From positions 1-12,743 of the forward strand of contig JAYEKO010000060.1 of the NCBI GenBank assembly GCA_034661055.1: 12,743 nt of DNA, given 5' to 3'. The first letter of the stretch is position 1. Each line of letters opens with the position of its first letter. The DNA is from Campylobacterota bacterium. GTDB taxonomy: Bacteria; Campylobacterota; Campylobacteria; Campylobacterales; Sulfurimonadaceae. The translations under genes were made by a program, and so were the position numbers. The notes below the pieces were generated by a model. It saw only the letters and a program-made list of their open reading frames with translations, was not told where the DNA came from and did not search any database. This document shows, piece after piece, positions 1 through 8,197 of this stretch.

Positions 1-2
1 GT

Positions 3-185
3 TTTCAACTTGACCCACGCGACGAACGTGAAGATGAAGACTATTTTAATTTAATAGGTGATGAAAATGGCGTCTTTGGTTGCATGACGCTCCTAGGATG
101 TGAAGATGTATGTCCTAAAAAGTTACCGCTTCAGTCAAAAATTGCCTATTTACGACGTAAAATGGTTAAAATTGGAACAAATTAA
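3..185 (+). CDS. frdB: Fumarate reductase iron-sulfur subunit, C-terminal fragment (5' truncated by window)
   Basis: Not in the ORF track. Manual translation of frame 3 gives FQLDPRDEREDEDYFNLIGDENGVFGCMTLLGCEDVCPKKLPLQSKIAYLRRKMVKIGTN*, containing the Cx5Cx3CP [3Fe-4S] motif and the DxxGVFGCM...CPK.LPLQS.IA.LR tail typical of Helicobacter/Wolinella FrdB. Stop TAA at 183-185. Confidence 0.9.
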   Translation, partial: FQLDPRDEREDEDYFNLIGDENGVFGCMTLLGCEDVCPKKLPLQSKIAYLRRKMVKIGTN

Positions 186-217
186 AAAAATAGATTTCTA
201 AAAACATCCTTTTTTTG

Positions 218-223
218 TATAAT
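218..223 (+). promoter_or_regulatory. Putative sigma70 -10 box (TATAAT) for the DUF5644-like gene
   Basis: Perfect TATAAT preceded by an A/T-tract-rich region, about 50 nt upstream of ATG 272 and its GGAGA ribosome binding site at 260-264. Confidence 0.55.
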
Positions 224-271
224 GCATACAAATTAAAGGATAATACTACATCCTTACTTGGAGAAATACCT

Positions 272-1510
272 ATGAATCATAAGTTAAATGTTGAGCTTTT
301 TTTGTTTGATGCTTCAACGGATTATCTTCCCCACTATAAAAATATTACATGTAAATTAGATGAGCAACGTTCAGTTAAAGACCTCTTAAAATCGATTCAA
401 GAAGATCTTAAAGAGTTTGAGTACCCTAAAAATAAGACACTAGTTCAAATTAACTCTACACTTATTGATGCTCGTCTTAAGATTAAAGAGTTGGTAAAAG
501 TTTTTGGAACAGAGATTACAATTGAGCCGGCATCAACATTTAGAGCAACAAAAGATTTACGCTTTAATGATCATGATTTTATGCAGAAGTATGAGCTGCT
601 AGCACCTTATTGTAATGAAGATGATTTAAAATACTATAGAACACTCTATATGACTTACTACAGTTCTGAAACCCTTAAATATAATCAAGACTATTTTGGT
701 GACTCACTATTTGTACTTGCTGAGCGTCTTCTTGAAAATGAAAATGAAAACAGTGATGCTATATTAGATCTAGTAGCTGATGAGGCTAACGGTATGTTAT
801 TGTATGAATTTGAAAATAACTGCTATCCAAATATAGATATTACTCATACAATAGACTCCCTAAAACAGAGACTTGAAGCTCGTAAATTTGTAAATAGTGA
901 ACAGATGAGTGATGTTAGAACATTTATGAGTAAACTCAAAAGTGCATTTACTAAAGAGACAGAACCAACACAAAAAACCAATAAGTCTGTTGGGCTTCTT
1001 GCTGGACTCTTTAATCTTGACAAGAACCAAGAGAGTAGTGAACTAGAGTATATCTGTAATGATATTATGCTAGAGAAGCTCTCTACAAAAATTCAACATA
1101 GCTTTAAAGATTTTAATATCGCCTACTACCTTGGTGAAAGAGCTGATGAAATTACATGTAATAATGCAGATGCACTACTTAAGTGTCTTGGCGCCACTCG
1201 TATTGACTTTAGTAGTGACTCTAGAGCTTGCGGTGCAAATATTATCACTACTGCACAAGATATTGCTTATAAAAAAGCTGGGGCAATTCTAATCGATGCT
1301 ATAGATAATAATGCAGATATTTTAGTTGTTGACTCACAAGCTGCATTAAGTATGCTAGATACAGATATTTTATTATGTGAAAAAGCTGTTGGACGTGAAC
1401 TTAACATACAGATTATCACTCCAGCACAGCTTGCTGCTATTGCAACAGGAACGTCAGACAAGGAAGAGCTAGGCTTAGATAAAAATGGGTCTAAAATAAC
1501 TTTTATTTAA
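272..1510 (+). CDS. DUF5644-like protein: degenerate FrdB/SdhB-like N-terminal part fused to a C-terminal HdrB/SdhE-type (CCG) domain
   Basis: The ORF track starts at TTG 215, but ATG 272 has a GGAGA SD at 260-264 and TTG 215 abuts the -10 box, so 272 is preferred. The N-terminus (LFLFDASTDYLPHY, ITIEPASTFRATKDL) resembles SdhB/FrdB. The C-terminus (FNIAYYLG, ACGANI, AILIDAIDNNADILVVDS, LNIQIITPAQL, LGLDK) resembles HdrB/SdhE CCG domains. Confidence 0.75.
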   Translation: MNHKLNVELFLFDASTDYLPHYKNITCKLDEQRSVKDLLKSIQEDLKEFEYPKNKTLVQINSTLIDARLKIKELVKVFGTEITIEPASTFRATKDLRFNDHDFMQKYELLAPYCNEDDLKYYRTLYMTYYSSETLKYNQDYFGDSLFVLAERLLENENENSDAILDLVADEANGMLLYEFENNCYPNIDITHTIDSLKQRLEARKFVNSEQMSDVRTFMSKLKSAFTKETEPTQKTNKSVGLLAGLFNLDKNQESSELEYICNDIMLEKLSTKIQHSFKDFNIAYYLGERADEITCNNADALLKCLGATRIDFSSDSRACGANIITTAQDIAYKKAGAILIDAIDNNADILVVDSQAALSMLDTDILLCEKAVGRELNIQIITPAQLAAIATGTSDKEELGLDKNGSKITFI

Positions 1511-1520
1511 TCATTACTTT

Positions 1521-1553
1521 ATAAAAGATGATAGCAGCTCACTGCTCTCATCT
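1521..1553 (-). terminator. Probable intrinsic terminator of the minus-strand operon (after mog)
   Basis: Inverted repeat AGATGATAGCAG-ctca-CTGCTCTCATCT at 1526-1553 (12-bp stem with one mismatch, 4-nt loop) in the convergent intergenic gap. On the minus strand it is followed by TTTAT; on the plus strand there is no U-tract. Confidence 0.65.
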
Positions 1554-1571
1554 AACACCTCACAGCTATTA

Positions 1572-2105
1572 TTATTTCTGCTTTGGTCTAAATACCTTTA
1601 CGACATTCTCATCACACTCTAAAAAAGGACCTTCAATAAGGTCAATACAATATGGAACAGCAGGGAACACGGCATCTAGACATTCACGAATTGATTTTGG
1701 TTTTCCTGGTAAATTAATAATTAATGACTTTCCCCTAATACCTGCTGTTTGGCGTGAAAGAATAGCTGTTGGAACATACTGTAAGCTTACTTGACGCATC
1801 AACTCACCAAAACCTGGCATCATCTTCTGGCATACATTTTCTGTAGCTTCTGGAGTGACATCACGTAGTGCCGGTCCTGTTCCTCCTGTAGTAACCACTA
1901 AACAGCACTGCTCTTTATCACACAGCTCTATCATAGTTGATTCTAATATATCTTGCTCATCAGGAATACAGCGGTAAACAATCTCAAACTCACTGGTTAA
2001 ATACGCTTTCATTGTGTCTTGAATAGCTACACCTGAAATATCTTCATAAATACCTTTGCTAGCTCTATCAGAGGCAGTGATGACCCCTATCTTAATATTA
2101 CTCAT
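1572..2105 (-). CDS. mog: Molybdopterin adenylyltransferase MogA
   Basis: Motifs ITASDRASKG.YED.SG, TTGGTG..RDVTPEA, AILSRQTAGIRG and NLPGKPKSI. AAGGAG SD at 2110-2115 on the minus strand. Confidence 0.95.
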   Translation of the reverse strand: MSNIKIGVITASDRASKGIYEDISGVAIQDTMKAYLTSEFEIVYRCIPDEQDILESTMIELCDKEQCCLVVTTGGTGPALRDVTPEATENVCQKMMPGFGELMRQVSLQYVPTAILSRQTAGIRGKSLIINLPGKPKSIRECLDAVFPAVPYCIDLIEGPFLECDENVVKVFRPKQK

Positions 2106-2622
2106 AAATCTCCTTTTGCTGTAAAAAATGGTTGGCTCTGTTAATAAAATAGGTCATTGCATAAGGCTGAAAAAACTCCTTAGTTTTGTTAGCATCAATC
2201 ACAACATCATCAGCCCCTAAAAACACCTCAATAGTAATGCCTTTTACATGTAATTTTTGTAAAAGTTTTGAATACCACTTATATTCAAGTAACTCTTTTA
2301 ACTCATCATAAGAACCATTTTCAATTGGAATCTTCTTAACTTGAAGTGGAGCAAAACAGCTGGCAATAAAATTTTTAACGTATAGATCACTATCTTTTTT
2401 AAATCCTAAAAGCTGAAGACGCTTAAACTTTTCATTTTTATTTTGAAAAAAAGCGGGTGAGAAGAGCTGTAGGGTATCAACTCTTCTATCAGTCTGAAGT
2501 GTATATTCAAATGCTTTAATAGCACCATAGCTAAATCCAGCAACACAGTACGGTGAATTATTTAGATACTCTTTAAAAAAAACATCATCATCTACTAGTG
2601 AGAAGCCACTATAAAATATCAT
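2098..2622 (-). CDS. bioV: Pimeloyl-ACP methyl ester esterase BioV (alpha/beta hydrolase)
   Basis: FYSGFS N-terminus, GFSYG nucleophile elbow, LQLFSPAFF, FLGADD (Asp) and ANHFL (His). Size of 174 aa and position directly after the FtsH-like gene match Helicobacter bioV. Confidence 0.85.
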   Translation of the reverse strand: MIFYSGFSLVDDDVFFKEYLNNSPYCVAGFSYGAIKAFEYTLQTDRRVDTLQLFSPAFFQNKNEKFKRLQLLGFKKDSDLYVKNFIASCFAPLQVKKIPIENGSYDELKELLEYKWYSKLLQKLHVKGITIEVFLGADDVVIDANKTKEFFQPYAMTYFINRANHFLQQKEIYE

Positions 2623-4249
2623 TAACCATCTCTATAAGTAGTGCTTTTGAGATACTCTCATACTCCATCAGCACGGTCTCAATATTTTTAATATCTGCAT
2701 CATATGTTTTTAGCAGTAGTGTTGTCTCTTCTAATAGACTTTCAATAAGCTTACGCTCATCATCATTTCCACTAATAATTGTCTCACCCATAGCATACTT
2801 ATTAATCATATCTGAAACAAGTCGTTTGGCCTCAGATATATCAGTTTCTGCCCCACTGTCATGCTCAGAGAAATGCAGGTTACACGCTGCTATTCCTGCT
2901 AAGAGCATCTTAATATGTGCGACCATCTCATGCTGAAGCATAGGTGTATCTACTGGTGGTTTAATAGTTGCTGTTGTTAAAATCACCTTATCAAATGCTA
3001 TATTATAATAGGCAGCTACAAATCCTTTCGCTGCTTGATACCGAGCGCGATACTCCCTCTGCTTACTACTAAGAACTGGAATACGTTTTTTACCCAAAAG
3101 TACTTTATCTTTTACCAAGTTAAAATGCTCATCAGTTACATGTAAATCGTTTTGTCGCATGGAGAGCAGCGCTGCCTCATTCACTAGTGCTGCAAGAGAT
3201 GCACCATTAAAGCCCATTGTCATTTTAGAAATTTCAGCTGCATCAACATCATGAGGTATTTTTTTTAGATATTTCAGTAAAATAGCCTCACGCTCACTCG
3301 GTGTTGGTAAATCAACAAAAATACGACGATCAAAACGACCGGCACGAAGTAGAGCGCTATCTAAGACATCAATTTTATTTGTTGCTGCAAGAACAATAAC
3401 ACCACTTGAGTCTTCAAAACCATCCATTTCAGTTAAAAGCTGATTTAGTGTTGCTTCACGCTCATCGTTTCTATTGCCATCACGTTTTTTACCCACTGCA
3501 TCAATCTCATCAATAAAAATAATAGAGGGAGTATTTTTTTTAGCTGCGGAAAAGAGGTCATGAACACGCTTTGCACCCATTCCTACATAAATCTGGACAA
3601 ATGAAGCACCACTTTGGTAGTAAAATGGAGCATTAGCTTCTGCTGCCACTGCTTTTGCAATCATTGTCTTACCGACACCAGGAGGCCCAACTAAGAGTAC
3701 ACCACGTGGTAGATAGACACCATAATTTTTATATTTAAGAGGATTTTTTAGAAAATCAATTATCTCTTCAAGTTCTATTTTTACGTCACTTATACCACCA
3801 ATATCTGAAAAGCTCACATCTGAGACGACCGGCGAAATCTCTTGAGTCTGATTTTGAGGAAGAAAACTTTTATCACTTCCAGAAGTATTGCTAGACTCAT
3901 CTTTTTTTTGCCACTGCCTAAAAGCAATGGAGCCGCCAACTAAAATAAGAACACCATAGAGAATGTAAAGAGCAATAGAACTGTTGGAGTCAATACTAAC
4001 TTTAAGGTTAGCAAACATCTCTGGTTTAACTTGCGAGATTGCTATTTTATAGACCTGCTCATCCGTCTTAAGATAAATGTACTCTTTTGAAGCCACAACT
4101 CTATAGACACTTTTATTGTTAATGAGCTCTAGAGCGTTACGAAGTGGAATAATCTCTGCAGTATCTCTTAAAAATGCATAGAGAAATAGAGAGATAAGAA
4201 CAGCAGTAGAGACTACCAGAAGAAGCTTATTTCGTTTAGAACTCAGCAT
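2609..4249 (-). CDS. FtsH-like membrane-anchored AAA+ ATPase (second FtsH paralog, HEXXH absent)
   Basis: Two N-terminal hydrophobic segments, Walker A GPPGVGKT, Walker B IIFIDE, TLNQLLTEMDGF and SRH LDSALLRAGRFDR. The C-terminal M41-like domain has RYQAAK where HEAGH is expected. GAGGAG SD at 4257-4262. Confidence 0.88.
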   Translation of the reverse strand: MLSSKRNKLLLVVSTAVLISLFLYAFLRDTAEIIPLRNALELINNKSVYRVVASKEYIYLKTDEQVYKIAISQVKPEMFANLKVSIDSNSSIALYILYGVLILVGGSIAFRQWQKKDESSNTSGSDKSFLPQNQTQEISPVVSDVSFSDIGGISDVKIELEEIIDFLKNPLKYKNYGVYLPRGVLLVGPPGVGKTMIAKAVAAEANAPFYYQSGASFVQIYVGMGAKRVHDLFSAAKKNTPSIIFIDEIDAVGKKRDGNRNDEREATLNQLLTEMDGFEDSSGVIVLAATNKIDVLDSALLRAGRFDRRIFVDLPTPSEREAILLKYLKKIPHDVDAAEISKMTMGFNGASLAALVNEAALLSMRQNDLHVTDEHFNLVKDKVLLGKKRIPVLSSKQREYRARYQAAKGFVAAYYNIAFDKVILTTATIKPPVDTPMLQHEMVAHIKMLLAGIAACNLHFSEHDSGAETDISEAKRLVSDMINKYAMGETIISGNDDERKLIESLLEETTLLLKTYDADIKNIETVLMEYESISKALLIEMVNDIL

Positions 4250-5480
4250 AATTAGACTCCTCTTTTACAATATAATTTTCAATACTTAGCCAGTTGCCAA
4301 CTAGATCTTCATCTGAATTTACATGTATTTTATTAAAATACTGATCAAGCCCATAATAGAAACCATCTTTTTTGCTCTCAATAAGTACATCAAGAGGGGT
4401 CGTTTGACGGGTTCTAAACTCTAAGTTTTTACTATTAACAGTAGCAGTCAATTCCGCCATACGCTCTTTTGAAACATTACCATTAACACTCTGTTCAAGC
4501 TGTGCAGATGGTGTTAAATCACGCTTTGAGTAAGTAAACGCATGAATATGTGTTAGTGGTAACATTTTTAAATTTTGCATCGCCTCATCCCATAGAGCAT
4601 CGGTTTCACCAGGGTGACCTACTATAAAATCAGTACCAAGAGCAAAACCTTTCTCTGCTAATTCATTAAAAAGTACAATATCACTCTCAAACTTATTTCG
4701 ACGGTTCATAATACGAAGCATCTCTTTTGATGTATGCTGCAGTGCAATATGTAGATGTTTCTCAATCCAAGATTCACCTAAAATCTCTTTAAACTCATCA
4801 TCAATCTGTATGGGCTCAATGGATCCTAGTCGAATACGTCTAACACCACGTATATAGCTAATCTTTTTTAGTAGTGTCGCCATGCTTGTACCACTACCCT
4901 TACCGTAACTTCCAACATTGGTTCCCGTTAAGACAAACTCACCAAAGCCGTTGGCAGCAAGATTGCGTATCTGTTCTAAGATATTCTCTTCATCCATACT
5001 GCGTGCATCACCACGAACAAAAGGAATAATACAGTAACTACATCTAAAGTCGCATCCCTCCTGTATCTTAATAAATGCTCTACTTTTACCCACAAAGTCA
5101 TCTACAATATTGTCATCAATAAAGTCCAGATCGCCAAGTTCATAAAAAGGCCTAGGTGCCTCTAGTAGTGTATTGATCTTCTCTTTTTCACTCTGACCAA
5201 AGACACCAAATATCTTCTCGTCTTTAAAAAGAGACTCTCCTTTTGTGTGAGCCCCGCATCCTGTAAGTAAGATTTTAACATCTCCAAATTTATTGGCATA
5301 GTTAATGTAACCACGGACACTACTGTCTGCTCCATTGGTTACGGTACATGAGTTTACAACAATAACATCTGCTTTACCCTCATCTTGTGTAACTTCATAG
5401 CCATCTAAACGACTCATCATCACCTGCGAGTCAAAGACGTTGGTGCGACATCCAAATGTTTTGAAGAAGACTTTTTTCAT
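4236..5480 (-). CDS. mtaB: tRNA t6A37 methylthiotransferase MtaB (radical SAM)
   Basis: UPF0004 N-terminal cysteines (TFGCRTN, NSCTVT, TGCGA), radical SAM motif KIQEGCDFRCSYC IIP, RIRLGSIEP and H.F.YS.R, all characteristic of MtaB-type methylthiotransferases. Confidence 0.9.
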   Translation of the reverse strand: MKKVFFKTFGCRTNVFDSQVMMSRLDGYEVTQDEGKADVIVVNSCTVTNGADSSVRGYINYANKFGDVKILLTGCGAHTKGESLFKDEKIFGVFGQSEKEKINTLLEAPRPFYELGDLDFIDDNIVDDFVGKSRAFIKIQEGCDFRCSYCIIPFVRGDARSMDEENILEQIRNLAANGFGEFVLTGTNVGSYGKGSGTSMATLLKKISYIRGVRRIRLGSIEPIQIDDEFKEILGESWIEKHLHIALQHTSKEMLRIMNRRNKFESDIVLFNELAEKGFALGTDFIVGHPGETDALWDEAMQNLKMLPLTHIHAFTYSKRDLTPSAQLEQSVNGNVSKERMAELTATVNSKNLEFRTRQTTPLDVLIESKKDGFYYGLDQYFNKIHVNSDEDLVGNWLSIENYIVKEESNYAEF

Positions 5481-7153
5481 AGCTCATCCACAGGGGGAAG
5501 CTTATTGCCTCTTTCAGTATTACTAAGATTTAACTTCTGTGTAGGGTAAGCGATGTGGATATCATCAGCTACTAGGAACTCATCAAGAATTTCGGTTGAT
5601 ATAGTACTACGAAGCGTCAAAGTTGCGTAAGCATTGGTTAAGTACCAGGTACTGATTTTCACCCCATATTCTTCTGCGAATGTAAAGATTCTAGGTTCAA
5701 CGTTAGTGTTTTTAAGACTGTACCTATTTCTTAGTTTATTGAGCTGCTTTCTTGTGATATCGGTGTAGCCTTTAGAGTACTTGCGAGCCACCTCTTTAGC
5801 AATATGTGCTGCTTTTTTATGATTAGAATCAAAGGTTATGACAATATCAATTCCATCCCAGACAGTTTTTAGTGAAGCGTGTGAATAATTTGCAATCATA
5901 GTCGTAAATACATAGTTGTTGGGAATAAAAATAATACGACCGGCACGACGATTGCTCAAATAGGTAGTCAGTGTAATATCTTCTAAAATGGTAATACGAA
6001 GCAGTGAAATATCTAATACGTCACCAACATAGAGCATTCCGTCTTTATCTACACGAACACGGTCACCAACATGGATAGAACCACCTAAAACAATGACCAA
6101 CCAGCCTAAAATACTCATAAACCAGTCTTTCATGGCAATGGCAATACCCGCTGATGCAAAACCAAGAACAGTTACAAGATACCCTGCATTGTCAATATAG
6201 GTAAACAGAAGGACTAAGATAATTAAAATGACATTAGCAAAGTTAATAATTTTATTTGCCATATAGTAGCGTTCATTATCTAAAATATATTTTTTTGCAA
6301 AAAATTTCAATAAGAAGAAAATAGATAGTAAAATCAAGATGACAATAGCTATATTTACAAGCTCTATAAGCTGTATCTCAATTTTTTTATCTATCTCTAT
6401 CTCAATAGACTCAATGCGCTTTTTATAGAGCTCATCAGTTAACTCAAGAGTCTCTAATGTACGTTTGAATTTCTCTAGCTGTTTTTTGGTACTCGTAAGT
6501 TTTTTTACATCTTCAAGAGCGTTAAGACTTAAAAGTTTTTCATAGTTCTTAGCTTTATCTCTTAGATGAACAATTAGAGTTCTAAGCTCATCTTCACGGC
6601 TAACATAAGAGGAATACATCTCATGCAGTCGTTTAATAAAAGAGATAGCAGCAAAAATCTCCAGTGGATTTTCAATAACTGGAGACTCCGCTATCTCTTC
6701 AGGTTTTAGCAGTGATGCAAATGGTGTCTTACCATGTCCTTTTAAAAGCTCAAGCTGATCATTTAAGACTTTTTTCTTTGCCAAAAAAGAGTCAATAGTA
6801 GCACTATCTTCAATAGAATCGCCACTTTTAGTTAAGTTGTCAATTTTTTCTTGAAGAACTACAAGATCTTTTTTCACTTCTATATAAGTGACATAAGAGC
6901 TGTATTTTTTCAACCAGATACTGTCTTTTTCAAGTTCAGCATCTACTACGGCAAGGTTCTCTATGTATTGAGCAATAAGTGTATTGCGTCGTAACTGTTT
7001 TTTTCGTTCACGCTCTTCTTGCTCTTTAAGAAGAGTCAATTGCTGATTAACTAGAGTCTGATTTGTCTCATTGCTGTCTGCTACAACTGTTGGTGTACCC
7101 ATTAATAGTTGTGATGAGAATAAAAACAGTAGGCTTATTAGCACAAGACGCAT
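5477..7153 (-). CDS. MscS-family mechanosensitive channel with signal peptide and large N-terminal periplasmic coiled-coil domain
   Basis: N-terminal hydrophobic signal, about 240 aa of charged helical sequence, then TM helices, GFASAGIAIAMKD (TM3-like), VGDRV...GDVLDI and IFIPNNYVFT...NYS (MscS beta domain). GGAGGA SD at 7164-7169. Confidence 0.88.
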   Translation of the reverse strand: MRLVLISLLFLFSSQLLMGTPTVVADSNETNQTLVNQQLTLLKEQEERERKKQLRRNTLIAQYIENLAVVDAELEKDSIWLKKYSSYVTYIEVKKDLVVLQEKIDNLTKSGDSIEDSATIDSFLAKKKVLNDQLELLKGHGKTPFASLLKPEEIAESPVIENPLEIFAAISFIKRLHEMYSSYVSREDELRTLIVHLRDKAKNYEKLLSLNALEDVKKLTSTKKQLEKFKRTLETLELTDELYKKRIESIEIEIDKKIEIQLIELVNIAIVILILLSIFFLLKFFAKKYILDNERYYMANKIINFANVILIILVLLFTYIDNAGYLVTVLGFASAGIAIAMKDWFMSILGWLVIVLGGSIHVGDRVRVDKDGMLYVGDVLDISLLRITILEDITLTTYLSNRRAGRIIFIPNNYVFTTMIANYSHASLKTVWDGIDIVITFDSNHKKAAHIAKEVARKYSKGYTDITRKQLNKLRNRYSLKNTNVEPRIFTFAEEYGVKISTWYLTNAYATLTLRSTISTEILDEFLVADDIHIAYPTQKLNLSNTERGNKLPPVDEL

Positions 7154-7156
7154 AAA

Positions 7157-8197
7157 TTAAAATTCCTCCAACACACTTTTTACAAGTGTTTCATCTATGG
7201 TATCACTCATCTCTACACCACCAATATTTCGTGCTAAAATAAATTTAATAGCACTGTCTGTACTTTTTTTATCTAAATAAAATGCGCTGTAAAATTTATC
7301 AACATCGTGAACATCATACTGTGTTGGAATATTATACTTTTTCAGTAATGATTTAACACGAAATGCTTCATCTTCACTCATCCAACCAAGCTTTACTGAA
7401 AGTGCATTTGCCATTACCATGCCAATACCAACGGCTTCTCCATGCAGGTAAGTAGAGTACTTCGTCTCATTCTCAATAACATGTCCAAAGGTATGACCAT
7501 AATTAAGTGCTGCTCGCAAACCACGCTCTTTCTCATCTTTAGAGACAACCCAAGCTTTAGTTTCAACCGACTTTGCCAAGGCCTCTTTTAAAACATGAGC
7601 ACTGTTTAAATCAGCACGCTCCAAGAATTCAAAAAACTCTCTGTTAAATGTTACTGCCATCTTAACGACTTCGGCAACTCCAGCACCAAACTCACGTTTT
7701 GGCAAGGTCAATAAAAAATGAGGATCAATATAGACTGCTTGAGGTTGATGAAACGCACCAATAAGATTTTTACCATAAGCGTTATTAATTCCAGTTTTCC
7801 CACCTACACTAGCATCAACTTGAGAGAGCAGAGTTGTTGGAATCTGAATAAAATCGATACCACGCTGATACATACTAGCCGCATATCCTGTCATATCTCC
7901 AATAACACCACCACCAAAGGCAATTAAAAGTGAATTGCGATTAAAACGGTGGTCAAAAAGACGATTGACTATGAGATCAATACTCTGCTGATTTTTATAC
8001 TGTTCCCCATCAGGGACTGTAATAATGTAGAGCTCATCAGCATCAATACGGTCAAGTAAATATTTCAGATGCAGTCCAGCAACTTTTGGGTTCGTAACAA
8101 TCGCTACTTTTTTCTCAAAACGAAGACGCGGAAGTTCATCAATTACAATTTTATACGAAGTGTCTATCTCTTTTTTCAGGGTAATATCAACAGTCAT
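7157..8197 (-). CDS. aroB: 3-dehydroquinate synthase
   Basis: Motifs PDGEQYK, GGGVIGDMTG, RGIDFIQIPTTLLSQVDASVGGKTGIN, KNLIGAFHQP, LNYGHTFGH and HGEAV. Confidence 0.97.
   Translation of the reverse strand: MTVDITLKKEIDTSYKIVIDELPRLRFEKKVAIVTNPKVAGLHLKYLLDRIDADELYIITVPDGEQYKNQQSIDLIVNRLFDHRFNRNSLLIAFGGGVIGDMTGYAASMYQRGIDFIQIPTTLLSQVDASVGGKTGINNAYGKNLIGAFHQPQAVYIDPHFLLTLPKREFGAGVAEVVKMAVTFNREFFEFLERADLNSAHVLKEALAKSVETKAWVVSKDEKERGLRAALNYGHTFGHVIENETKYSTYLHGEAVGIGMVMANALSVKLGWMSEDEAFRVKSLLKKYNIPTQYDVHDVDKFYSAFYLDKKSTDSAIKFILARNIGGVEMSDTIDETLVKSVLEEF

Noticed and set aside
184..216. Possible terminator after frdB (A7...GAT...ATC...T7)
   Set aside because: The stem is almost entirely A/T and interrupted; better explained as the AT-rich upstream region of the promoter at 218-223.
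215..271. N-terminal extension of the 431-aa ORF from TTG 215
   Set aside because: No SD before 215, the extension contains the TATAAT box, and ATG 272 has a good SD and begins the SdhB-like fold.
733..750. (TGAAAA)x3 tandem repeat
   Set aside because: Only three in-frame units encoding ENENEN in AT-rich coding DNA; too short to indicate a contingency locus.
1267..1461. 64-aa minus-strand ORF
   Set aside because: Antisense shadow of the DUF5644-like gene with no recognisable motif.
1528..1794. 88-aa plus-strand ORF
   Set aside because: Starts inside the terminator hairpin and runs antisense to mog; composition is not protein-like.
2598..2936. 112-aa plus-strand ORF
   Set aside because: Ser/Ile-rich antisense mirror of the FtsH-like gene.
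6372..6415. TATCTC/CTCAAT quasi-repeats
   Set aside because: Explained by the low-complexity IESIEIEIDKKIEI coiled-coil coding sequence.
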